From: Myxococcota bacterium
GTDB lineage: Bacteria; Myxococcota_A; UBA796; UBA2385
Direction of reading: 5' to 3'
DNA length: 64,000 bases
Assembly: GCA_044344255.1 (NCBI GenBank)
Contig: JBIJDH010000006.1
Coordinates: 128,001-192,000 of the forward strand
Of the stretch, positions 1-10,800 are shown in pieces. Positions within the stretch are counted from its first letter, which is position 1. Every line of letters begins with the position of its first letter. Below the pieces are notes generated by a model, which was not told where the DNA came from, ran no database searches, and was given only the letters and a program-made list of their open reading frames with translations. Position numbers and translations under genes: made by a program.

Positions 1-3000
1 ACGGCTCGGCTCGAGCACCCCAACATCGTGCCGGTCTATGAGATCGGTCGCAGCGCGGACGGAGCGCTCTACTACACGATGCGCCGCATCCGTGGGCGCT
101 CCCTCGCGGATGCCATCGAGAGCGCCCCCTCCCCGCAAGCCCGCCTCGCGCTGCTCCCTCACTTCCTCGCGGTGTGCAACGCGGTGGCCTTCGCGCACAG
201 CCGTGGGGTGGTGCACCGAGACCTCAAGCCCGCCAACATCATGGTCGGTGAATTCGGTGAGACGCTCGTGGTGGACTGGGGCATCGCCCGCCTGTTGGGA
301 GACGCTCGGCCGGACGTGCCCGCCCCCGCGGTGGAGACCCTGCTGCAGGATATCGGCGAGACGCGCGTGGGCGCCGTGATCGGCACCCCGGCCTACATGA
401 GCCCGGAGCAGGCCCAGGGTGCCGAGGTCACCCCTCGTTCGGACGTCTGGAGCCTCGGCGCCGTCTTGCACGAGCTGCTGACCGGGCGCTCACCGTACGA
501 AGGGGATCCTCGCACCACATTGGCGCGCGCCGTCCTCGGCTTCGTCCCGCCGATCCGACTCGACCCCGGCGTCCCGGCCGAGCTCGCGGCCGTCGCCTGG
601 CGTGCCATGGCGGCCGCACCCGAAGATCGGTACGCGACGGCGCTGGATCTTGCCGCAGACATCGGCGCGTACCTCGATGGCAGGCGCGTGGCCGCCTACA
701 CCTACCGGCCGCGAGACGCCCTGCGCCTCTTCGGGCGGATGTACCGGGTCCCGCTGGCGCTCGCCGGGGTGGCCGCGCTGGTGTCCCTCGTGGTGGGCGC
801 GGCGGCCTTCGTGCGGGTGCGCGCAGAGCGGGATCGCGCGGTCGCCGCGGAGGTCGCTACCGCCGAGGCGTTGGAGGAGGCCCGGCTCCGGGGGCTCGTC
901 GCGCGGGCCGCAGAGGCGGTCGCGAGGGGAGACCACGGCGCCGCCCTGGCGCTGGAGCGCGCCGTGTACGCCGCGGGCGACGGGAAGACCGGCGGGGCCG
1001 CCGCCGCCGAGGCCTTTCGGCTCATCCAGGAGGGCGCCGGCCTGCACACGCTGCCGGTCTCGGACGGCCCCGTGGCGGACGTACGGTGGGCGCTCGGCGG
1101 CGAGCTGGTGGTGGCGCTCACAGAGGATGGCGCGGTCTCGGCGTGGCGGGTGGCGACGGGCGAGCGGGCGCTGCTGCTCCCCTACGACGACGTGACGCAG
1201 ATGGTCATCCGGTCCGACACCGAGGTCTTGGTGGTGCGGGAGCCGAGTGGAGCTCCGGGTGAGGTCGAACGGTGGGACCTGCGGACCGGGGCGAAGTTCG
1301 GAGGCTGGACAGAGGGCGCCGACGAGGGCGTGAGGTTGGTGGCGCTCTCTCCCGACGGCGGACGGCTCGCCATCGCCCACTTCACGCTCCGCGTCTACGA
1401 CGTGGCGACCGGGCGCCTCCTCTGGCGCATGGAGCGTGACCCTTCCCAGTGGCAGGTCAACGCGGTCGGCTGGGCGCAGGGCGGACAGACGCTGTTGGTC
1501 GGAATCTCCGGCCTCCAGGCGCTGAAGGTCCTCGATGGCGCGAGCGGCGCGGTGCGGGCGTCGCTCTCGACCACCGGCTCGGTGTGGGCGCTCGACGTGA
1601 GCGCGGATGGGGAGCGCGCCGCGGTGGCGGGCGGGGGCGGGTGGGTGTACGCCTGGGAGCTCTCCACCTCGCGCCCGCTCCTGGCTGCGCGGGAGCACGA
1701 GTCGCGGGTGGCGGCCGTCGCCTTCGACGGGGATGGAGGTCGGCTCGCGGCGCAGTCCCTGCTTGGGCGGGTCGTGGTGTGGAGCACCGCGACCGGCGCG
1801 CGCGAGGCGTCGGTGGAGCCCGGGTCGGATGGAGAGTCGGTGTTGAGGTGGACCAGGACCGGCGAGCTCCTCGTCGCGACCCCGGGCCACGTGGCCGCGT
1901 TGGTCTCCCCGCGGACGGGCCAGGTCCGGGCGGCCTCGGTGGGGGCGCTTGGGCCCGTGACGGCCGTCGCGCTGCACGAGGGGCGACTGGCGGTCGCCGC
2001 CGGCGACGGGAGGGTTCGGATCGGCGTCATCCCCGCCGAAGGCGTGCGGGCCCACCTCGCGGCCGCTCACTTGACCCACGTGCGCGCGTCGATGGGCCTC
2101 GCGGTGGCGAGCGATGGTCGCGCGGTGGTGGGATTGGCGGACGGGACCGCCCAGGTCTTCCCCTCGGATGGGGCCCCCGTCCGAGGCGACGGTGCCGCCT
2201 GCCGGCTCGGCTTCATCGACGGGGGCGGTACGCCTGTCGTCCTCCACACGCCGAGCTGCGCGGTGGGTCATGCCACCTGGTTCAGCGGCCCGGTGGGTGT
2301 CGTGCTGCGCCTCCTCTCCGACCCGCCGCGCGTCCTGTTCAGCGAGCCGCCGCAGTCGCCGCCGGAGCACTCGAACAACGGGGGTGCCGCCGCCCTCTCC
2401 CTGGGCGCGGGCTTCGCTGCTTGGGCTCGCCTGGACGGCACGGTGGGGGTCGGCGACACCCGCTCCGGCCGGGTGTGGACCGCCGCGCCGGTCGATGGTC
2501 GGGTCGATTGGCTGGAGTTCTTGGACGGCGGCCGGGTGCTCGCGGGCCAGCTCTCGGAGTCCGAGCGGGCCTTCGCCCTCTGGTCGACCTCCGACGGCCG
2601 GCTCATCACCACGGTCGGGGAGGGCGACTTCGGGTACCCCCTCGGTGGGGAAGGCCCCCAGCTCCTCGCCCCCGACCTCGAGCACGGCACCCTCCAACGT
2701 TGGGAGATCGAAGGCACCGCGCTCCCGCCGCTGCCGGGCCTCGTCGGCGCAGGGGTCAGCGCGCGCGCGCCGGGAGTCACGGTGCTGGGCGACGACGCGG
2801 GGCGTATTCGGGTGGTCTCGGACACCGGAGGCGCCCCGGTCGACCTCCGCACGGGAGAGGGCGAGGTCCGGGCGCTGGCGATCACGGCCGATGGCGCGCG
2901 GTTCGCACGCGGCTCGGGTGACGTCGTGACCGTGCACGACACCACCACGGGCGCGCTCCTGCAGCGAGTGTCCGTGAAGACCCCGCGCCACCTCCGCTTC

Positions 3001-3225
3001 GCGGTGGACGGAATGACCCTGTGGATCGTCGGCGATGAGGTGGTGCTCGAGGTCCCCACGCCCGCCTACGACGCCGCTCGCATCATCGAGGCCTCCGGCG
3101 CCGCCACCAACCTGCGACCTTGTCCCGACACCTTCGACGTCGTCCCCGTGGTGCCGTACCCATCGGTCGAGAGCACCTGGGCGCCGCCGGAGTCCTGCGA
3201 GCGAGCGCCAGACGTGGGCGATTGA
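1..3225 (+). CDS. Ser/Thr protein kinase with transmembrane helix and C-terminal WD40 repeats (5' truncated by window)
   Basis: Frame open from base 1 (TARLEHPNIVPVYE). Kinase motifs HRDLKPAN, DWG, GTPAYMSPE, DVWSLG. Hydrophobic segment LALAGVAALVSLVVGAAAF, then many WD40-like repeats (e.g. HESRVAAVAFDGDGGRLA...VVVW). Confidence 0.92.
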   Translation, partial: TARLEHPNIVPVYEIGRSADGALYYTMRRIRGRSLADAIESAPSPQARLALLPHFLAVCNAVAFAHSRGVVHRDLKPANIMVGEFGETLVVDWGIARLLGDARPDVPAPAVETLLQDIGETRVGAVIGTPAYMSPEQAQGAEVTPRSDVWSLGAVLHELLTGRSPYEGDPRTTLARAVLGFVPPIRLDPGVPAELAAVAWRAMAAAPEDRYATALDLAADIGAYLDGRRVAAYTYRPRDALRLFGRMYRVPLALAGVAALVSLVVGAAAFVRVRAERDRAVAAEVATAEALEEARLRGLVARAAEAVARGDHGAALALERAVYAAGDGKTGGAAAAEAFRLIQEGAGLHTLPVSDGPVADVRWALGGELVVALTEDGAVSAWRVATGERALLLPYDDVTQMVIRSDTEVLVVREPSGAPGEVERWDLRTGAKFGGWTEGADEGVRLVALSPDGGRLAIAHFTLRVYDVATGRLLWRMERDPSQWQVNAVGWAQGGQTLLVGISGLQALKVLDGASGAVRASLSTTGSVWALDVSADGERAAVAGGGGWVYAWELSTSRPLLAAREHESRVAAVAFDGDGGRLAAQSLLGRVVVWSTATGAREASVEPGSDGESVLRWTRTGELLVATPGHVAALVSPRTGQVRAASVGALGPVTAVALHEGRLAVAAGDGRVRIGVIPAEGVRAHLAAAHLTHVRASMGLAVASDGRAVVGLADGTAQVFPSDGAPVRGDGAACRLGFIDGGGTPVVLHTPSCAVGHATWFSGPVGVVLRLLSDPPRVLFSEPPQSPPEHSNNGGAAALSLGAGFAAWARLDGTVGVGDTRSGRVWTAAPVDGRVDWLEFLDGGRVLAGQLSESERAFALWSTSDGRLITTVGEGDFGYPLGGEGPQLLAPDLEHGTLQRWEIEGTALPPLPGLVGAGVSARAPGVTVLGDDAGRIRVVSDTGGAPVDLRTGEGEVRALAITADGARFARGSGDVVTVHDTTTGALLQRVSVKTPRHLRFAVDGMTLWIVGDEVVLEVPTPAYDAARIIEASGAATNLRPCPDTFDVVPVVPYPSVESTWAPPESCERAPDVGD

Positions 3226-3274
3226 CGGGCAACGGAACGTCGGGCACTGGAACGTCGGGCACCGGAACGTCGGG
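3226..3274. repeat. 3 x 15-bp tandem repeat (CGGGCAnnGGAACGT) directly after the kinase stop
   Basis: Copies at 3226-3240, 3241-3255 and 3256-3270, plus a partial copy. Confidence 0.85.
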
Positions 3275-3302
3275 GGCCGAGATGGGCGACCCCCGAGGCC
3301 GT

Positions 3303-4835
3303 TCAGCCCTTGAGGAAGAGCAGGGCCGTCTGCAAGGTGACCGCCAGCTCGGGGCTCGGGTCACTCCACGCCTTCCGCGCTTCGAGGAGCACGCCCTCGA
3401 GGCCCTTCAGGCGGAGGGCGGCGGCGGCGTCGATGGCGCGGACGTCTCGCTCGCCGACGCGGGAGAGGAGGTGGGCCTCGACCCACTCCCGATCGTGGCC
3501 GGTCATCGCGCGGAGGGGCGCCTGCTGGATGGCGTCGCCCGTGGTCGCGGACAAGGTGGCGAGGGCCTCTTCGCGCAGGGCCGCGTCGCCGGGGACGTAG
3601 GTGAAGGGCGCCTCGCCGCGCTCGGCCTGCTTGAGCTGTCGCCGGGCCTGATAGGCGGCCGGCTCCCACACCGCGCGGAGGGGCGTCGCGAGCCGGAGGG
3701 CGAGGGCGGCGGCGGGGCCCCAGGAGCGAGGTCCGGACGCGGGCGGGAGGTCGAGGCGGGTCACGATCGTGGCCCAGGCCCCCTCGCGCGCGGCGCGGTC
3801 ACCGGAGAGCAGCCGGTCCGTGAGCTCGGGGAGGGCGGCGGGGTCGGGGGCGGAGGGACCGGCGGGGGGGCGCAGCCGCGCGAGGCTGCGGTCGATCGCG
3901 GCCACCAGCGGCTCGCTCCAGCCCCAGCGGCGCCGCGCCTCCTCGAGGGCCGGGACCGCCGCGCGGAGGCCGATGGCGCCGATCGCGTCGGCGGCGCGCG
4001 GATCGCGGGCGCCGAGCTCGTAGACCAGCTTGTGCTCGGCCCACTGGCGGTCGTGCCCCTCCATCGCCTCGATGGCCGCGACGTCGATGGCGGGGGAGGC
4101 CTCCTCGAGGCTGGCCCAGAGGCGACGGATGAGCGCGGGGTCACCTGGTGCGTAGACGAGCCCGAGGGCCTCGGCGGTGGAGCCCCCGGCGAGCGCCTGG
4201 AGGGCCTCGGCGGCGGCGGCCGCGCCCGCCGGCCAGACGCTGTCGAGGCCGGTGATGGTGCGGGTGTAGAGGGTCCGGAGCGGCGTCTGGTGGGGCTTGT
4301 TGAGGGTGGCCGGGAGGGCGAGCTTCTCGATGAGCCCCTCCCAGGCGTGCATCCGCGCGGTCACGCTCGAGGCGCGCAGGGCCACGAGCAGGCCGGCGAT
4401 CGCCTCGGGCCCGGCGAGCTGGCGGAGGCTCCAGGCGGCCTCGGCGGCGTCGAGGGGGGCGAGCCCCTGGCCGAGCTCGGCGCCGAGACGAGCGGCGACG
4501 GCGGGGGAGGGGCGGAGCAGGGCGAGGGCGCGGGTGGCCGTGACGCGCACGGCGGGGCGGGGATCTGCCTCGAGCTTCTCGAAGAGGGGGATCGCTTCGG
4601 TCACCCCGAGGGCGGCGAGGGTCTCGATGGCCCGGGTGTCCCCCTGCTCGAGGGCGCGCTGCTCCAGGAGCTTGTCGGCGGCTGCCCGCTCCTCGGCGCT
4701 GAGGCGACCGATGTTGTCGAGATCGTAGGTGAGCTCGCCCTGGCTTCCGCCGCGGGCGACCTCATCTTGAAAGCGCTCGAACGGCGTGAGCTCTTGGGGA
4801 GTCGCGCCTGCTTCCGTGGCTGAACCAGCCTCCAT
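3303..4835 (-). CDS. HEAT/PBS-lyase-like helical repeat protein with internal duplication; candidate immunity protein
   Basis: 510-aa ORF with HEAT-like units (DPRPAVRVTATRALALL). Duplicated block AMEGHDRQWAE..DPRAADA / AMTGHDREWVE..DVRAIDA. Starts 30 bp after the toxin stop. Confidence 0.75.
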   Translation of the reverse strand: MEAGSATEAGATPQELTPFERFQDEVARGGSQGELTYDLDNIGRLSAEERAAADKLLEQRALEQGDTRAIETLAALGVTEAIPLFEKLEADPRPAVRVTATRALALLRPSPAVAARLGAELGQGLAPLDAAEAAWSLRQLAGPEAIAGLLVALRASSVTARMHAWEGLIEKLALPATLNKPHQTPLRTLYTRTITGLDSVWPAGAAAAAEALQALAGGSTAEALGLVYAPGDPALIRRLWASLEEASPAIDVAAIEAMEGHDRQWAEHKLVYELGARDPRAADAIGAIGLRAAVPALEEARRRWGWSEPLVAAIDRSLARLRPPAGPSAPDPAALPELTDRLLSGDRAAREGAWATIVTRLDLPPASGPRSWGPAAALALRLATPLRAVWEPAAYQARRQLKQAERGEAPFTYVPGDAALREEALATLSATTGDAIQQAPLRAMTGHDREWVEAHLLSRVGERDVRAIDAAAALRLKGLEGVLLEARKAWSDPSPELAVTLQTALLFLKG

Positions 4836-4865
4836 GTACCATCCCGGTGACGTTGGCTGCGTCGA

Positions 4866-7800
4866 TCAGGGCGAGCCGCTCGCTGTCTTCTGGGCGGCGT
4901 ACTCGTCCATCCGCTGCTTGTTCTTGTCCTCCGCCAGGGTGACCATGCTGACCCGGTCGCCCTGCTGGTAGGTGCCCTTGATGCCGCCGCCCGTGAAGCG
5001 GTGGTCGGCCTCTTCGATGTTCGCGACCTTGACCGCGCAGGCGTAGAACGTGATGTCGGGGACGGGCAGCGCCTTCTCCTCGAAGAAGCCGGCGAAGGTG
5101 GGCTGCTCGATCTTGTTGAAGATGCTCTGATCGCGGCTGGAGCCGAGGCCCACGAAGCCGAGGTACCGCCGCCCGCTCACCTTGTTGGAGGCGTGCATGG
5201 CGTACGCCTGGGAGAGCGCGCCCCAGAGCTGGGTGTTCCAGGCGCCGTCGATGTTGAGGCCGTCAAAGAGGCCGCCGAGGGCGCTGGACTCGAGGGCGAC
5301 CTGGGCGTTGGCCTTGGCCATCGAGCAGCCGGGCTTGCCCGACCAGAAGGCGAAGGTGGAGGCGCCGGCCGCCTGCTTCGACATGTACTTGGCCAGCGCG
5401 TCGCAGATGGGATCGAACTCCGAGATGATGGACTTCATCGTGTCGGAGCCGAGGTCCTTGTACCGCCCGGCGGGGTCGACCGCGGGGGCGGCCTTGTAGG
5501 CGGAGTTCGTGCGCAGGATGGTCGAGACGGTCTGCAGCCAGATGCGCTCGGCGTCGCCGCCGGGGTCGCCCATGCCGATGCTGTTGGAGATGCGGATGAA
5601 GCGGCCCTTGAAGGTGGCGTAGAACTCGGAGGTCAGGGTCTCGCGCGGGTTGAGGTCGACCGGCTTCGCCGACTCGCCGAAGGCCGTGAAGCCCTTGGCG
5701 ATGTGCGTGCTGACCTCGGCTTCTTTCGTCCAGACGAGCGACTTGACCTTGTCGCGGGCGCCGTGCTTGTCCGGCATCGCCCACAGATTGTTGAGCAGCC
5801 TTCCGAGCGAGGTGATCCCGCCCTTGGCGGCGCGGAGGGCGGCGGCGGTCTCGGAGCGGACGGTGGTGTCGGCGATCGTGTTGAGCCGCCCCGTCCAGTC
5901 GGCGAGGAGCTGGTCGGCCGGGGTCGGCGTGCTGGCGACCATCGGGGTCAGGCTGCCGCCCGCCGTGGCCACCCACATGCTGTGCGACTCGGCCCCCGCG
6001 GTGAAGCCCTGGCGCTGCTCGAGGGCGCCGGTGAGCTCGGTTTGCTGGGCCTCCGGTGTGGAGGCGCCGGTGACCTGGCCGGCGGTGGCGGCGTCGATCG
6101 CCTGCTGGACCTCGGCGGGGAGCTCGACGCTGGTGACGCTCACGAGCTCGACGGAGATGTTGCTGCTGCGCAGATCGGCGGCGGTCCCGCGCTTGATCTC
6201 GGTGGCGATGGCCCCGAACTGCGCGGACAGGCCGACCACGCCCACCGCGGCGGTGCGGGCGGCGGCGGCGGAGCCGAGGGCGGAGGTGAGGCGGCTCTGG
6301 GCGCTCCCCTGGCGGCCGGCGTCGAGCGGCTGGTCATTGCTGCTCTTCAGCCGCGCGGCGCCGTGCATGGTCATGCCGATGGCGCCGTAGTCCTTGTCGC
6401 GGACGGTGAGCCGGGGCGTGACCAGGGTGACCGAGCCCGGGGTGGCGGTGGTGCCGCGGCCTTGCTGGCTGTTGCCGCCGGTGTTGGCGGCGTCGACGCC
6501 GTTGCCGCCGGTGGCCTGCCCTTGGTTCGCGTTCGACTGCTGGGCGGTGCCCGGCGCGGCGCCGGCCTGGGTCTGGGCGCCGTCCGGCGTGGCGGTGTTG
6601 GTGCCCGCCTGCACCTGCGTGCCCTGCTGGGTGCCCGACTTCGCCTTGGACTCCTTCGGCTTGAAGAGGTCCTTGGCCTTGGCGATCAGCTTCTCGATGC
6701 CGTCGTCGATGCGCTTGTGGAGGGCCTGGAGGACCTCCCGCACCTTCTTGCCGATGCCGGAGACGCCGATCAGCTTGGCGAGCAGATCGATGGCGATGGG
6801 GATCATGCCGGCGAGGGCCGACTCGACCTGGGCCGCCGCGCCGCCGATGGCGCCGGTGGCGATGGCGTGCACCGAGCCGATGATCGACTTCACGACGCCG
6901 TAGATGCGGCTGATCTGATCCCGCATGAATTCGTAGAGGCGCCAGGCGGTCATCACCGCCTGAACGATGGCGCCCACGGGGTTGAACATCGTCGCGATCT
7001 TGGTGACCGCGGCGATGACGATCTTCTCCATGAGGAAGCTCTGGATCTTGCTCACGACCTCGTCGTAGATGCCGTCGAGGTGCTCGGTCAGGTTGTTGGC
7101 CAGCCCCTCGAGGCCGCCCGACCACATCGTGTCGACGAAGCCCACCACCTGCTGCATCTTCTCGACGTTCTCGGCGCCGATGTGCTTCTTGGCCTTCTCG
7201 AGGACGTACTCCTTGTCGATGCCGGTCACCTGCATGACGAGGGAGGCGATGCCCCCGGCGTCGAAGGCGGTGGGCATCGTGATGCCGGCGTCGCCGGCCT
7301 GACCGGTGAGCCAGTTCACGAAGCCGGTCTTCAGGTGATCGACGAAGTGGTCCTTGAAGTTGTTGAAGCCGAGGGCGGCGGCGTCGATGAGGTTGCCGAC
7401 GAACTGGCCCGGGCTCTTGACGATGATGCTGATCGTCTCTTCGCCCTGGGCCATCACGCTGCGGAACTCGGCAGGGTCAATTCCGCAGAGCTTGAGGGCG
7501 GCCTCGAGGGCCATCCACAGGAGCTCCTGCCAGTTGCCGGTGGCGAGGGCCTTGGCGATCTCGAGGGCGGCGTTGACCGCCTCGTTGAAGGTGTCGGAGA
7601 TGGCCTTCAGCGTGTTGTTGATCGCGTCGCAGACCTGGGCGATGGTCTCCTTCAGCCGGTCGGCGAAGTGGTCGACCATCTCACAGGCGAGCTCGACGGC
7701 CTCGTCGATGAAGGCGCAGAGCGCCCGGGCGAGCCCGGGGAAGATGCTGCCGAGCAGGTTGTTGACGAGGCTCTTCAGGTACTCGCCGAAGGCCTTGATC

Positions 7801-10800
7801 ACGCTCTTGACGAAGCTGGCGGCGGCCTCGATGATCCTGTTGGCGAAGGCCTTGGCGGCGTCGAGGATCGTGGCGACGAGGCTGCGGACGGCGTCAAAGA
7901 TGGCGGTGACGGCCTCGGCGACGGCCTTGATGGCGTCGGCGACGAAGTCTACGGCCTTCTGCCACCAGGAGCGGTCCTTGGACTTCTCCTCGGCGGCCTT
8001 CTTCTCATCGGCGGCGCTCTTCTCGGCCTTCGAGACCTCCTGGCCGGCCTTCTGCTCGGCCTTCTGGAACTCGCTGTCGATCTTGGCGCCGTCCTGGGTG
8101 ACCCGGCTCTGAATGGAGCTGAGGTCAGAAGACTGCTTCCGACGGGCGTCGGAGTCGACCTTGCTGATCTCCTTCTGCTGCGCCTGGATCGTGCTCTGCT
8201 GCTCGGACGTGATGTCGGCGCGGGCCGAGCGGACCGCGTCCTCCTGGGCCGTCTGGGCCTCCTGGTTCGAGCGCTCGACCTCGGTCTGGGCGCGGCTGAT
8301 CTCGGTCTCGTGGGCGGTGTCGCGAGTGGTGGCGGCGGCGTCGAACTCGGCCTGGGCCTGGCTCATCGCCCCGTCCATGCCCGGGGCCATCGCCTCGTCG
8401 AACTTGGCCTGCACGTCGGCGGGCAGGTTGAGCGAGAGGTACTCCTCGAACTCGGGGAGCTGCTCGGTGCCGGAGATCGCGCCGAGCGCGATGTCGGGCA
8501 CCTCGGTCTCTTCACTCAGCTCCTTCAGCGTGACCTGCTCGGGGCCGGGGCCGGTGCGGATGGCCAGCTCGGCCTCGACCTGGGCGGCCTGGGCCTGGGC
8601 CATACCCTCGGAACGCTGACGCTCGGTGCGCTGGGGGTCCTGCTCACCCTGGAGCTTGATCGCCGGCTTCGGGTTGGGCGTGGTGGCGATGGTGCCGTCG
8701 GTGGTCTTGATCTGGCGGATCGCGCTGGCGCCGGCCTGGGCCTTCTGGTCGTCCGTCGCCGCGGCGGGGAGGCTGCTCAGGCTCTGGCCGACCGAGGCGT
8801 TGCCGGTGAAGCGGCCCGGGTTGGTCGGCGTGACCGGGGGCGGCGTGGGCGTCTGCCCCTGCACCTGATCGGTGATCTCGGCGCGCTGGGCGTCGACCTC
8901 GCCGTCGCCCTTCGCGTCCGGCGCCATCTGGCCGGACATCGTGGCGGTGAAGGTGGGGAGGGCCTCGTTGAGGGCCGCTCCCTCGACCTGGAAGCCTGCG
9001 TCGACGTTCCCGCCGAGCGAGGGCCAGGAGGCCGCCTGCTGAGTGGCGCCGGCCGTGGCGAAGTTCTTGAACGACTCGGCCGCGGTCTGCCCCGCGGCGA
9101 CGGGCTCGGGGGCCGGCGCCGGGGCCGAGCCCGCGCCCATGCCGCCGGAGCCGCCGATGGAGCCGGCCGAGCTCGTGGAGGAGGCCGTGGAGGTCGAGCC
9201 GCCGCCGCCGCCACCGCCACCGCCACCGTCTGTGGAGGTGGTGGAGGTGCTCGATGCGGTGGAGCCGGTCGATGCGGCCGAGCTGCCCTCTACGCTGGAC
9301 TCCCCGCTCGCGCCGCCGGTGGCGCCGCCCTCCTCGCTGTTGCCGAAGCGCTGGCTCATGCGGTCGGCGATGGCCGGGGCCTCTTCACTGCCGGCGAGCC
9401 GAGACACCGCCTCGGCGGGGTTGGAGAGGGCCTGCTGCGCCTGCCCGGCGTAGCCCTGGGCCTGCCCGGCGACCTGCTGGACCTGCCCGGCGGCGCCCTG
9501 CACGGCGCTGCCGATCTCGCCGAGGGTGCCTCCCATGCCGGAGAGCTGGCCCGCGGTCTCGCTCACCCGCCCGGCGAGCTCGCCCACGCTGCCGAGCGCG
9601 CCGCTGAGCTCGCCGGCCACGTCGGCGCCCTGGCTGAGCGCGTCTCCGAGGCCGGGGGCCGCGCCGAGGAGGGCGCTGACGGCCTCGCCTGCGAAGCCCT
9701 TGGCCTCGCGCTCGTGAGCGTCACCGGGCTGAGAGATACCCGCGCCACCGCCACCTTCGACGGCGTGGTGGAGCTCTTCGGCGAGGAGCTTGACCTTGCC
9801 GGGGTCGCCCATCGAGGGGGCCTGACCGCGGCCAAAGAAGATGTCCTGACCCTCGGTCATCGCGCGGGCCTTGTGGCCCTGGGCGTAGGCTTGCGAGGCG
9901 GCGTCGGTGTGCACGCGCACCTTGTCGATCGCGCCGCCGAAGAGGCCCTGGAAGCCCTTCTTCAGGTCTGAAGGGAGCTGCTGGCCCTTGCCCGTGGGGC
10001 GGGCGACGTCGGGGCGCGCGTCCCGGCGGAGGAAGCCGAAGGCGTTGCGGTTCTTCTTGCGGCCGGCGGGCTTGGGGGCCTCGAAGATGCGGTCGAGCAG
10101 GGCGTCGGGCACGCCCTCGGCCTTGAGCCGGCCCTTGTAGTGCTCGCTGCCGCCGGTGAAGGTCTTGGCGGCCGAGACGAGCTCGTCGTCGGTGTAGATC
10201 TCGCGGATGGCCTCGTACCAGCCCTTGCCACCGCGGTTCTCGTAGTGCCACCACTCCTTCTTATTGTAGGACTTCTCCCAGCCGTTGTGGGCGGGGATGC
10301 GGTTCCAGCCGAACTTGGCGGCGAGGCCGGTGACGTCGAGGAACTTCTTCTGGCCGGCGCCCTTGCCGAAGGGGTTGGTGTCGGCGGTCTTGAGCTGGTC
10401 TTCCGTCAGCGTCACCATCAGGGCGCTGTTGTCGCTCTCGCCTGGAGTCCCGCCCGTGGGCGCGGCCTGGGTGCGGTCACCGCCGTTCCCTGCGCCCTGC
10501 TGCTCGTTCGGCTTCGCCTCTTCCTTCACGGGGAGGTAGAGCCGGAACATCATCCGCTCGGTGCCCCCCTCCTCCTTCTGGGCGTCCTTCAAGATGAGCC
10601 AGGGGAGGTCCTGGTTGAGATCGAGGGCGCGGCCGGTCTTGTGCCAGCTCACGTTGTCGGCGCCCACCTTGCGGGTGGTGTAGTCGAGGCCGCGCGAGGT
10701 GTCGCCGAAGCCGGTCGACACGTCGTGCCCGGTGATCTTCTTGACCTCGTCGGCGAACTTGCGGAAGCCCTCGACCACGGCGTCGGACAGCTTCTCGTGC

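Noticed and set aside
6700..8400. Phage tape-measure-like helical region suggesting a prophage
   Set aside because: It is internal to the DUF4157 protein, and no capsid, terminase, tail or integrase genes are nearby.
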